A stretch of DNA of 64,000 nt from a virus, in the IMG/VR virus record IMGVR_UViG_3300037141_000243, positions 1 through 64,000 of that record, one strand, 5' to 3'. The notes beneath the pieces were generated by a model. The model saw only the letters and a list, made by a program, of their open reading frames with translations. It was not told the origin of the DNA and did not search any database. A program made the translations under genes and the position numbers. Positions 55,440-64,000 of the stretch are shown here, piece after piece (the first letter of the stretch is position 1; each line of letters starts with the position of its first letter).

Positions 55440-55946
55440 CTAATTATATCGTTCCACGGTGCAGAGAGTATCATTTCGGTTGCCGCCGTGGCTGACAATC
55501 AAAATCTCCACAATCTCAAAACCGCGCTTCTTGCCGATACCGACCGTGTTCCAGCCGAACGAAATTACATGGCCGCCCATCTTGATTGTGCGCGCAACTT
55601 CATCCCTGACTTTCGGGAACCCGCCCGTCGGGTTTTCTTTCCCTTTGAACTTGTAGCCCATGTCCTCGTAGGAGCGGCTCACTTGGGTCAGAGAATACGG
55701 CGGGTCAAAAATCACGCCGTTCAAAGACGCGCCAGGAAGGTCAAGCATGAACTCGTAGGCTTCCTTTTGCGAAGGCTGGCCGTTCCCTGGGTTCAAGTCA
55801 TTCCGAAATTCCGCGAAGGTGCTTTGCCCCGCGAACGGGTCAGCCCAGCCGACACCGTTCCCGGCATACTTCACCAGTAGGTCTTTGATGGCCGGTATCC
55901 CGAACGTCCACTTGTTCGGCATGGCCCATGTGCGCGTTATCAACAA
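55440..55946 (-). CDS. Small adenine-methyltransferase-like protein
   Basis: DPFAG and FDPPYS motifs; HGG.RNDT..TVE C-terminus. Confidence 0.7.
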   Translation of the reverse strand: MLITRTWAMPNKWTFGIPAIKDLLVKYAGNGVGWADPFAGQSTFAEFRNDLNPGNGQPSQKEAYEFMLDLPGASLNGVIFDPPYSLTQVSRSYEDMGYKFKGKENPTGGFPKVRDEVARTIKMGGHVISFGWNTVGIGKKRGFEIVEILIVSHGGNRNDTLCTVERYN

Positions 55947-55956
55947 AATCGCCCCC

Positions 55957-56142
55957 CTATTCTTGAGTGGTTACATCAACGCGGCGAACGTCTTGATATT
56001 TCTCGCGCGCCGCTTTGCGGGTAGCAAAGATTGCGGGCATGAGAGTGAGTTCGCCATTGCCGTAGCCGCCCCAGCCAGTATCAACCGCCAGCTTGTCCAG
56101 ATTGCCTTCGACAAAGCCGCCCCAAAATGTTTTTGCGTACAT
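55957..56142 (-). CDS. Hypothetical protein
   Basis: 61 aa with GGGGAG SD. Confidence 0.5.
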   Translation of the reverse strand: MYAKTFWGGFVEGNLDKLAVDTGWGGYGNGELTLMPAIFATRKAAREKYQDVRRVDVTTQE

Positions 56143-56153
56143 ATCTGGCTCCC

Positions 56154-56606
56154 CTACTGACTTTTGTATGCGATAGACGTAATCGCGCTGATGATTTTGC
56201 GGATAAGGTCGGCAGCGTGTTCTGGCTCAATCCAAAATCGCCCTTTCTTTTTGTCGAGCATCCCGCCGCATTCTTTCCATAGCTCGCGGATGCGCCCGGC
56301 GCTCACTTCCTCGCCAAGGCTGGGAACGCCTTCGAGCATGTAACGAACCATCGCCTCGGCTTGCGTGGCGCTCAATAGATTCGTACCCACGGGTTCGTGC
56401 CGCTGCGGCGGCTTGCCTTGCTTCGCGTTCCATTCCTTGTTGAACTCCGGCTCAAAGGAAACGCCCGCGTCAGGATGAAAGTCTTGCGGCAGTTTCCAAC
56501 CGAGGAAGCGGTTCACCATAAATTCGATTTGCTCACTCGCCATCGTCTTGGCCTTTCCAGTTTTATCCTGAAACATTCCGCTCAGGTCGTTGAAGTCATC
56601 TTCCAC
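56154..56606 (-). CDS. Hypothetical phage protein
   Basis: AAGGAG SD; MVNRFLGWKLP.DF.PD.G...P.GTNLL.A.QA..M motif. Confidence 0.6.
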   Translation of the reverse strand: MEDDFNDLSGMFQDKTGKAKTMASEQIEFMVNRFLGWKLPQDFHPDAGVSFEPEFNKEWNAKQGKPPQRHEPVGTNLLSATQAEAMVRYMLEGVPSLGEEVSAGRIRELWKECGGMLDKKKGRFWIEPEHAADLIRKIISAITSIAYKSQ

Positions 56607-56618
56607 GAAATCGCTCCT

Positions 56619-57158
56619 TCAGTCTGCTAAGTGTTTCGGTGGACGCCCGACGCCAACGCCGCGCGGCTTCAAAAGCTGATATGCCAAGCTGCGGGTCAGG
56701 CCGATCAGGGCCAACACTTCCGCCAGCTTCAATTTTGGATTGCGCCAGTGAACCATCATTTCGCGCTCGGACATTTTGGCGCGGTCCACTATCTCTTGGC
56801 GGCGCTTCTCTGCCAGATATGCCGCCGAAGGCTTCTCAGGCTCCAGTGCAGCATCGCGCATTGTGACGCCGTGGGTTTTGCTGTCCTGGCCGGTCACAAT
56901 GTCCACGATGGTCACGCCCTGACCGTGGAAGCGTTCCAGCGCCTTGCGGATCGCCACCTTGCCGCCGAAGCTGCGAAGGCCGTCCACGGTGCCAAGGCGC
57001 TCGCCGCTCTTGAGCGTGATCTTCGACCAATGCTCGGACGGCTCCCAGCCTTCGTAAATATCCTTGCCGCGAATGCCCATGTCCACCATGCGGGCGAAAA
57101 CCTTCTTGGTCCCGGCGTAGTATCTAATTGGTTTCGGGGCTGGTTTTTGTGATTTCAT
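56619..57158 (-). CDS. Degenerate serine-resolvase-like protein with C-terminal HTH
   Basis: LKSGERL.TVDGLRSFG...AL......GVTIVDI.TG; no YxRVS motif; HTH and GRPPK. Confidence 0.45.
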   Translation of the reverse strand: MKSQKPAPKPIRYYAGTKKVFARMVDMGIRGKDIYEGWEPSEHWSKITLKSGERLGTVDGLRSFGGKVAIRKALERFHGQGVTIVDIVTGQDSKTHGVTMRDAALEPEKPSAAYLAEKRRQEIVDRAKMSEREMMVHWRNPKLKLAEVLALIGLTRSLAYQLLKPRGVGVGRPPKHLAD

Positions 57159-57505
57159 GGAAACATTCCATAAGCTATGGACAATTACCCGTCAAGGGGC
57201 TATAAGCTGGTTTTGCTGGTGCGTGGGCATTGTGAGCCAACCGGGCGGGAGTACCCCACAATTCCCCGTCCACCTGAATAACGAGGGCCGCAGGACAGTG
57301 AGCGAGCTGGACGATTTTGAAAACTGCGGTTTTGGAGATGAAAACTCTGGGAAGCGTACGCGCCGAAGGGTGCCGTTCCGGTGCCAAGGAGTAAAGAAGA
57401 ATGGCGAGCCATGCACTGTCCGAAGCGGCCGCCTAATCTTTGTTGATCGCGTTCCTTATTGTGGCAAGCATGTGCCTAACACTGAAAACCTATAAGAAAG
57501 GCCGG

Positions 57506-58939
57506 TCAATCTTCCTGCTCTTCAACCCCTGACGCATTCTTGACCATCTTCCAATAAGTTTGATGGGGCATAAATGCACTCTGAACGCAGAATTGTCCGG
57601 TCTTGTAATTCTGTGAAATCAGAACAGAGAATTTGTCCTCATCGCCTCGCGCCTTATCGACGAAAATCCGGGCCAGCCCAAGGTCGCGCTCAAGCGCAGT
57701 CTGGTTATAGGTCAGCACCACATCCGCCGTCTGCGACTTGCTGTAATCCTCACCAATCAATTCCGACGTAACCAAGCGGGCACTCTCCCCCTTGCGGTTA
57801 GTTTGTATAGGCACGATACCGGCCACATTCCTGGCACCAAAAATTCCGCGCAGCTCGACGTATAACCGACCAAGGGCGATGCGATGATCTTGCCGGTCGT
57901 CAATGCTCATCAAATCTGGATAATCAATAATCAAAACATCAGGGGTGAACTTATGCGAAGCTTCCAGGCCATCCAGATACGCCTCAAGCTGGCCCACGGT
58001 CAGCATCCCGGATGGAAACGATTTGACCACAAGCCGGCCAAAACGCTCACCCCACTCGTCCATCTTGCGGGCCAGCTTCTTGTCAATACGCGGGTCAGCA
58101 AAATACAATTCAGGCTTCTGCGTTTCACGGGCAAAATCCGTGATGGTATTTTTCTTATCCAGCACAAACTTGGTAATCTCAAATTCCTCATTGCGCTTTG
58201 CCACCGCAAACAGACGTTGCAGATAGCGCGGCATAATACGATCCTCCGACATCTCCAGGGTGATGTGGACTACTTTCTTACCCTGGAGCAGCGCCATCAC
58301 CCCGGCATGGATGCAAAAAAAGGTTTTTCCACGCCCTTTAGCTGCCATGAACGCCATCATCTCACCGGGAACAGGTCCTATACCACGTCGATCCAATTCA
58401 GGGATACCCAAGGCAATGCTGGTAACCTGATGATTGAGAAAACCCAAGATACGCTTTTTATCTAAAAGAAATACCCCGCTATCCAACGGCTCCTGTTTCA
58501 GCTTCAGAGCCTTGTGCAAGATCAGCTCGACGTCTGTGATTAGCGTGGGGCCGCCCTGTTGGTAACGCTCGCCAGCTTGTATAACCGCAGCCTTCAAATG
58601 TTGTTCTCGTGTAAAGGCGTTCAGGCGGGAAAGAATATAGGGGGCGTTAATGCTTTTGCTGTGCTCAACGACACCGCCGAGAATCTGTTGGTATAAATGT
58701 AAGCGTTTGTGTTTTGGATCACTGAGAATATGGTCAAAGAGATCATCAACATGGGCGATTCCGGGCGGCTTACCATATTGCTTTCGGTAGGCTATCGCAC
58801 GGTCGGCAAGATCGTCAAAAGGTGGCTCCAGTAAACTTGTGTCTAGAATTCCCGCCGCGATCTTGCCCTGCTCCTCGTTGAAGCAAAGCAACGTGACGAG
58901 TCCTTCCTGGATATTAGTCGTCAGCTTTCCGGCGGTCAC
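57506..58939 (-). CDS. dnaB: DnaB-like replicative helicase
   Basis: LGIPELD, AAKGRGKT, HITLEMS, IIDYPDLM, Q.NR.G, Q.AD, K.R. Confidence 0.88.
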   Translation of the reverse strand: MTAGKLTTNIQEGLVTLLCFNEEQGKIAAGILDTSLLEPPFDDLADRAIAYRKQYGKPPGIAHVDDLFDHILSDPKHKRLHLYQQILGGVVEHSKSINAPYILSRLNAFTREQHLKAAVIQAGERYQQGGPTLITDVELILHKALKLKQEPLDSGVFLLDKKRILGFLNHQVTSIALGIPELDRRGIGPVPGEMMAFMAAKGRGKTFFCIHAGVMALLQGKKVVHITLEMSEDRIMPRYLQRLFAVAKRNEEFEITKFVLDKKNTITDFARETQKPELYFADPRIDKKLARKMDEWGERFGRLVVKSFPSGMLTVGQLEAYLDGLEASHKFTPDVLIIDYPDLMSIDDRQDHRIALGRLYVELRGIFGARNVAGIVPIQTNRKGESARLVTSELIGEDYSKSQTADVVLTYNQTALERDLGLARIFVDKARGDEDKFSVLISQNYKTGQFCVQSAFMPHQTYWKMVKNASGVEEQED

Positions 58940-59136
58940 TGGCTGGGTTCACCCTTGGACCCGCACCAGAATGCTTCGTTCAGTTCGTCACAAACAGCGT
59001 CGGCCTGATCGCGCGTCAAATTCATTTTAAGGAAAAGCTGTTGCCCGGTCGCGGCATTCAAAATTACATAAAACCGGCGCACCCCGTCATGGTCAGACAA
59101 CGGGGCTTCCATTAAAACTGTGTATCGATCACGCAT
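58936..59136 (-). CDS. Hypothetical protein
   Basis: 66 aa with GGGAG SD, coupled to dnaB. Confidence 0.55.
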   Translation of the reverse strand: MRDRYTVLMEAPLSDHDGVRRFYVILNAATGQQLFLKMNLTRDQADAVCDELNEAFWCGSKGEPSQ

Positions 59137-59165
59137 GGTTTCTCCCTCAGCCTAACATACGCACC

Positions 59166-59657
59166 CTATTGATCGACCTTCGCTACAATAAACCCAAACA
59201 GACCAGCCGATACATATCCTGGGTATTGTGAATCGAGCGCTTCTGGTATCCGATCAATCTGTGACAGCATGGTCGACACCCCAAAGATACCCATCGCCTT
59301 CAGATGCGTTTCCAGCGCCTTGGCGCAGAGGAAAGAAAGCTGCGGCTCATGGCGCTTACCCATCTTGGACTTGTTCTTGAGATCGGTCAGAAAACACATC
59401 AGGCCCGGCAGTTTGGAAAGGTACGCATCCTTGTAGGCGTTGCGCCTTTTGATATCAAAGTACGCCCCCTTGGCCGCCAACACGTTTTCACGGATCAACA
59501 GGGTTACAATTCCTGACAGCACCCAATCGGACGGTATCAGATCAGGCTGAGACGCTTTGGTTGGTAAGGACCGTGCGCCCTTTATCCATTTGGCGACCTC
59601 GTCCAGATCGGCGGACGACAACTTTGGCAGAGCAGCGATGATGTCGTTGCGGTTCAT
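59166..59657 (-). CDS. Hypothetical protein
   Basis: 163 aa upstream of the helicase. Confidence 0.6.
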   Translation of the reverse strand: MNRNDIIAALPKLSSADLDEVAKWIKGARSLPTKASQPDLIPSDWVLSGIVTLLIRENVLAAKGAYFDIKRRNAYKDAYLSKLPGLMCFLTDLKNKSKMGKRHEPQLSFLCAKALETHLKAMGIFGVSTMLSQIDRIPEALDSQYPGYVSAGLFGFIVAKVDQ

Positions 59658-59664
59658 GGCGTTG

Positions 59665-60120
59665 TCATACGCGCCAATCGGTTTGGTCCCAAGTTCCTTT
59701 ACCTAAGTTACAATCTCTGCACAAAACCTGTAAATTGTTTATATCCAGCGCCAACTTTGGGAATTTACTACGCGGCTTGATGTGGTCAATGTGGAGCGGC
59801 CCCAGCGACCCACAGCATTGACACTTACGCCCGTGCAAAAGAATTGCCTCGTAACGTAATTCCAACCAAGCCTTAGAAAAGAAAAACCCATTGTTCTTAC
59901 AATGCTTAACATAAAACTCTTTCATGGCGATCAAAGCCCCAGCAGGTCCCATAGGCTGCCCGGTTAAAGCTGTCCCTAATCGGGCGTAACCCCAATTCAA
60001 ACTCGCCGGTAACCCACGAGTCCTCAATGTTTCAACGGTAAACCTAGCCCACTGATATTGTAGGTTTACTTTAGCTCTGATCTCTCTCTTCTTCATTGTC
60101 ATCAGTACTTTCTCTACCAT
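59665..60120 (-). CDS. HNH endonuclease
   Basis: W..LRY....G.KCQCCG....HIDHIKP..........NLQVLC..CN.GK. Confidence 0.85.
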   Translation of the reverse strand: MVEKVLMTMKKREIRAKVNLQYQWARFTVETLRTRGLPASLNWGYARLGTALTGQPMGPAGALIAMKEFYVKHCKNNGFFFSKAWLELRYEAILLHGRKCQCCGSLGPLHIDHIKPRSKFPKLALDINNLQVLCRDCNLGKGTWDQTDWRV

Positions 60121-60179
60121 CTCTGGTACCTCTCTGGTATTTGTATCCCATCACCCACAACCCCGTCCCCGTCTCCCTG

Positions 60180-60600
60180 CCTGCCCCGTTTTGGGCGCGC
60201 GGACGAACCTGGGGGCTGCCTTGAGAACGTTTACCAGAACCACCCAGTATCGTTGGGCCAGACGCCTGCCTGCTAAAGTAACCGTAGCAGCGGTATTTAA
60301 TTAGGCACGAAGGTCCTGTATATCCTAAGCACGACAGCAAACTTTAGTAGGAGCGGGGCACTCCCGTTCTATCCCTTTGAAAACGGTCAAAGGATTCCGA
60401 TCCTGAAAATCGCAGGATACCGGGCTGACGCTCGCACTTTTCTCTGAGGGTGATGTTTGCGGGATGCGGGTGCTTATGCTATAAGCCGCCTCGCATGTGC
60501 CGGGAACTACACCTTCCCATCCCCAAGTGTGCCGCGTCAAACGGCCCTTGGGGAATTGCCTTTAGCAAATTACTTAACTCAATCGGTTTTTATTCCGGGT
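60180..60600. other. Hairpin-dense intergenic region between divergent genes (ncRNA or replication origin)
   Basis: At least seven stems visible; no convincing ORF. Confidence 0.5.
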
Positions 60601-60781
60601 ATTGTAATAGCTTAATCGGCAACTTCTTCATTTGTCGGGGGTTAAATGCGAGCGGCGGCGGTGCAATACCAAATGCCTAATGCGATCCCGGACACGACTC
60701 CCATAGCATACCGCCCCTTTGCCCGCAAAGCATTTTTATGGCCCGTATGCTAAGGTCAGGGAAACCAAGGTTAGGGCTGGG

Positions 60782-61651
60782 ATGACCATACAAGACAAAC
60801 CCACTACCGAGAAAAAGCTTCACAAGGTGACCAGCAAATTCGCGGCTCTGGAAGCTGAGCTTCAGCTTATTGTGCCCCCCAAGGTCTTCGATGCGCTCAC
60901 CCAGCTATGCCGCCTCTATCTTGCCGCTGCCGGCGATAGTGATGCGGCCCGCGACTACATCGCCAAGCTGGCCTTTATTTTCCGTCAGGAGGCTTACCAA
61001 CGCTTTGGACACGAATCGCTCGAGACCTTCGCCTTAGCAAAGCTGATGCGTCAGACCGAATCCAAGTGGACGCCCAAGCTACCGCGCCTGGATTCAATTT
61101 CGTGGATACGTGCTTACCGCAACAAGGACGCGCGGTTGGATTCATCGCAAGAAGAGGCGGCGGAATGTATCAAAAGGGTCTGGACGGCGTTTGGGAGATT
61201 TATGGGGATTGCGGGGCGCGGCTTTGAGGGTGGTGGGGGATCGCGCGGGCGGGTTTTAAGTCCGCTGGATGTCATGGATCAATCACAGTGGGAAGATTAT
61301 AACAAGATTTACATTCCATGGTACGAACGGGCCAAGATTACCCAGGTCGACCGGCGCAGGGGCAACAGCCACATTTCCCTGGCTGCCATCGTATTCAAGA
61401 TTCTTGTAGACGACCTTTACCCAGAGGAATTGGACTCATCCTATTGCCTGGTTCGTGGATCATCCCTGAAGGCCCTGAAAGCGGCTTTGAGTTGTTATTG
61501 GTCGCCTGAGGCCCTGGCGACCTTTGGAGCCCCCCAAACCCCGGCCCCGGTCTTTGATTCTAGGGGCCACAGGCTTGCCGTGGCGGGCGATCCGGCCCCT
61601 GCCCCTATCCTAGCCCCATCCGACCCCAAACCCGGCCTGGCAAGGGCCTAA
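60782..61651 (+). CDS. Hypothetical protein, possible transcription regulator
   Basis: Long ORF on the opposite strand, preceded by CGTATGCTA at 60744. Confidence 0.6.
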   Translation: MTIQDKPTTEKKLHKVTSKFAALEAELQLIVPPKVFDALTQLCRLYLAAAGDSDAARDYIAKLAFIFRQEAYQRFGHESLETFALAKLMRQTESKWTPKLPRLDSISWIRAYRNKDARLDSSQEEAAECIKRVWTAFGRFMGIAGRGFEGGGGSRGRVLSPLDVMDQSQWEDYNKIYIPWYERAKITQVDRRRGNSHISLAAIVFKILVDDLYPEELDSSYCLVRGSSLKALKAALSCYWSPEALATFGAPQTPAPVFDSRGHRLAVAGDPAPAPILAPSDPKPGLARA

Positions 61652-61668
61652 CCATTAAAGGAACTTTA

Positions 61669-62789
61669 ATGAAACAGAAATACTGTAGGCACCTAATCCG
61701 CGAAGAGCGGCCCAGCTTGGACTCGCGCTCGAACGAAATAGTTTGCCGGAATTGTGGTACGCCCCTTGGCCTGATCGCAAAGGCGGATGCTGACCCAATT
61801 GTTGAGGACGATGATGAAAGTTTTGCAGATCGTGCAATCGAGGCCAAAATTGATCGGACTTGTGGAATTTACAATCCTGATTCCGAGTGGTTGTTTTGAG
61901 AGGGGATACCAAATGCTCCTGATCTGGCTCTGGGTTTTACCTGGGATGGTTGCCGGCGCAATGCTGGACGCATCCGAGGGTGGTAATCTCGGTGTGTTGG
62001 TAGGGGCAATTCTGGGTCCGCTGATGGTCTTTGTATGGGTTTGCAACGGGTTCAATCGAAACGTAAGGTGAGCTGATGTGTGATCATCCTACCACTTACC
62101 AAGAATCCACTCCCAGCCCGAATGTAGACCAAGTCGTATGTTATGAGTGTGGAGAAATTGTACGCTTGGTAAATAGGGAGATAAAAGATGTTAATGAGCG
62201 ACGCACAGAAGATTGATCTGTTAAAATCCATCAATCTACAGGGCTGGGGTCCGGCTTTCGTTTGCGGGCGTATTTTGGAGTGTGCCCGATCTGCCTCTTA
62301 TTATCGAAGTCTGGAGCGAATCTCCGCTATTGCAACTGCCGATCTTCATCAGGAGGAAGCCATTTGGTATTATAAATACTTGGTGGAAAAATCTCGCAAT
62401 GACCTGAAGTCTGATAAGTCTTGGGGCAGGCCGTGGACGTTGGCGTATACAAAGATGCTGACCCTGCTTTCCCCGGAAGAAATGGAATTGCTCGATACCG
62501 CTTTACGTCATATTGGTGTGCATACATGAGCCGGATTTTTACTCGCGTGCTTACGGACATGGGGCCGCGTACAACGGTCTTTTCAGTTCATGAGGGTATG
62601 GCTCGTCTGCTTTCAGAAGCGCAAGTCTATGATGCCATCGTGATTTTACCCGATGTGGGGCCTTACCAAACCGTTGATCAATTGGCAAAAGCGCGGGGGC
62701 GCACCCTGGATCGGGAAATATCTCGCAGGCGGAAGCGTAGGCCAGTGTTGGTTCAGCCGGCGCGGCTTCGGATTACCAAAAAGCCATAG
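61669..62789 (+). other. Four small plus-strand ORFs (61669-61899 Cys-rich, 61912-62071 TM, 62188-62529, 62526-62789)
   Basis: Consecutive ORFs with plausible SD or ATGA coupling. Confidence 0.5.
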
Positions 62790-62794
62790 ACATG

Positions 62795-62832
62795 AAAAAG
62801 GCCCGCCAGCCTTTTGAGGGGCCAGCGGGTCA
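62795..62832 (-). terminator. Rho-independent terminator between convergent genes
   Basis: Minus strand CCCGCTGGCC-loop-GGCTGGCGGG followed by CCTTTTT. Confidence 0.65.
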
Positions 62833-62871
62833 AGTTACTCAGGGGACCGAGGGAGAGTAATCCCCGGAGGT

Positions 62872-63123
62872 TTACAGAAAAAATCGCTTACCTAACGAGC
62901 ACATCAGTACCATCGCGCTATCGGTCAGATGAAGGGGGCTGTTTCGGACACCTAAATCTGAGCCCACCAACTCGGTATACGCGCGCCGAAGATAGACCCC
63001 CCACATAGTATCAACTTTAATCTGTAGTGTTGTTAGCTTTACGCCGACAAAATACACCACCCCCAAGATGGAAATCGTCGATAAGGTCATGCTCATGATA
63101 ATCGCAAGACTGTTGATGGTCAT
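62872..63123 (-). CDS. Small membrane protein (lysis-module-like)
   Basis: N-terminal TM helix followed by a coiled segment. Confidence 0.5.
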   Translation of the reverse strand: MTINSLAIIMSMTLSTISILGVVYFVGVKLTTLQIKVDTMWGVYLRRAYTELVGSDLGVRNSPLHLTDSAMVLMCSLGKRFFL

Positions 63124-63199
63124 TTATTTTCCCAGGTTTGTTTAACATCAATAGCGCGGCTTCGACCCCGAGCTGTCAGTCGCCTTTTTTCCTCAAGCC

Positions 63200-63475
63200 T
63201 TAAGCGGCCTGCGTACCTGAAAAGCTCTTGTTGAAGAACCACCCGTACTTTAGCGCGCCAGTAATATCGTTCCCTGCTACCGTCGCGCTGAAGTCGGCGT
63301 CATAACCGTCGAGACTTACATTCCCCGAGAGTGCCGGGCCGTTTGCCTTCCCGTTCGCAATCTCGCCGGTCCCGTAGTCGGCGCTGACGACGGTTCCCGA
63401 GAAGCCGCCCTTTGCGTCCATCTCGATGTTGACCTCGGCCTGATGGCCACCTTCGACCGTGATGTTGTATTTCAT
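63200..63475 (-). CDS. Hypothetical beta-rich protein
   Basis: 91 aa, coupled to the upstream holin-like gene. Confidence 0.55.
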   Translation of the reverse strand: MKYNITVEGGHQAEVNIEMDAKGGFSGTVVSADYGTGEIANGKANGPALSGNVSLDGYDADFSATVAGNDITGALKYGWFFNKSFSGTQAA

Positions 63476-63927
63476 GGATTAGGTTTCTCCGTGTGAACGT
63501 TGATGTCTGTGGCAGGCTGCGACTGGGATGGGAGTGCTGAGACGGACCGTGCTGTAACCATCCGAACGACTGCCTGCTGCCCTTCCTCAGTCGTGACGTC
63601 GAACCCGAGCTTCTTAAAGAGATCCGGCGACTGCATAATTGCGTAATTCGCTGCCTTGGCCACAGTTGGATCGGAGACGTTTATCGTCAGCTTATTGATA
63701 CCGTCGTCCGCCGCTGTCGTCGCGTACTTCTGGCCGTTCACGATAGTCGCGTTGACGCGGTCTACGATGACCGACATCGCAGCCTGCGACGCGGCGATCC
63801 CGTGGTTCCGGAGCCAGACGACGACGTAGTAGGCGATGACGGGCGTCGAGGCCGTTATGATGCCCGCGACCGCGACGATCATCCCGTTTATGGCTGGGAT
63901 GAGCGGCGCGAAATCTATTCCAATCAT
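63472..63927 (-). CDS. Holin-like membrane protein
   Basis: AGGAG SD; N-terminal hydrophobic helix, then A..NG..YA and AANYAI...PD..KKLG. Confidence 0.55.
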   Translation of the reverse strand: MIGIDFAPLIPAINGMIVAVAGIITASTPVIAYYVVVWLRNHGIAASQAAMSVIVDRVNATIVNGQKYATTAADDGINKLTINVSDPTVAKAANYAIMQSPDLFKKLGFDVTTEEGQQAVVRMVTARSVSALPSQSQPATDINVHTEKPNP

Positions 63928-64000
63928 TCATGTCTCCTATTCGTGTGGATCAGCGATGACGGCAGAACCGTCCTCGGCGGTTTCTTTAGCAAGGCATCGA

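Noticed and set aside
57157-57495. Plus-strand 112-aa ORF between the small-gene array and dnaB
   Set aside because: It overlaps the opposite promoter region and its start is uncertain; a shorter Cys-rich gene from about 57298 is possible but unsupported
1-64000. Prophage/lysogeny module or alternative genetic code
   Set aside because: No integrase, repressor or host flank seen; core genes translate intact with the standard code and use all three stops

Overview
The whole window is bacteriophage DNA (tailed dsDNA phage, probably contractile-tailed). A GcrA homologue points to an alphaproteobacterial host. Almost all genes are on the minus strand. From right to left: lysis-like membrane genes (62.9-64 kb); a short plus-strand block (60.8-62.8 kb); a divergent, strongly structured intergenic region (60.1-60.7 kb); DnaB helicase; an array of tiny accessory genes (51.7-57.2 kb); a replication/recombination module (SNF2 helicase, primase, sigma-like factor, beta-clamp, UDG-fused family A polymerase, methyltransferase, intein-containing DnaX-like clamp loader, UvsY-like, gp32-like SSB, RecA, resolvase, SbcD/SbcC); GcrA, terminase, portal and MuF; a 6.5-kb block of signal-peptide-bearing fibre/glycan-active genes; NUDIX-DUF2213 protease, scaffold, decoration and capsid; then neck, sheath, tube, chaperone and the start of the tape measure. 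I saw no integrase, tRNA or CRISPR array. Main leads: (1) candidate capsid-cargo polyproteins punctuated by the same [RK]xD[AS] motif and scaffold-like helix as the scaffold; (2) a covarying three-way-junction RNA plus an SD-masking hairpin in front of two GIY-YIG endonucleases; (3) an intein whose Vsr/DUF559 endonuclease is nested in a different reading frame; (4) two accessory genes inserted with duplicated host-gene termini (polymerase N-terminus, SbcC C-terminus); (5) two large structured non-coding regions and a recurrent CGTATG[TC]TA promoter-like motif; (6) a phage ubiquitin-like protein. All protein family calls come from motif recognition by eye, not from database searches.
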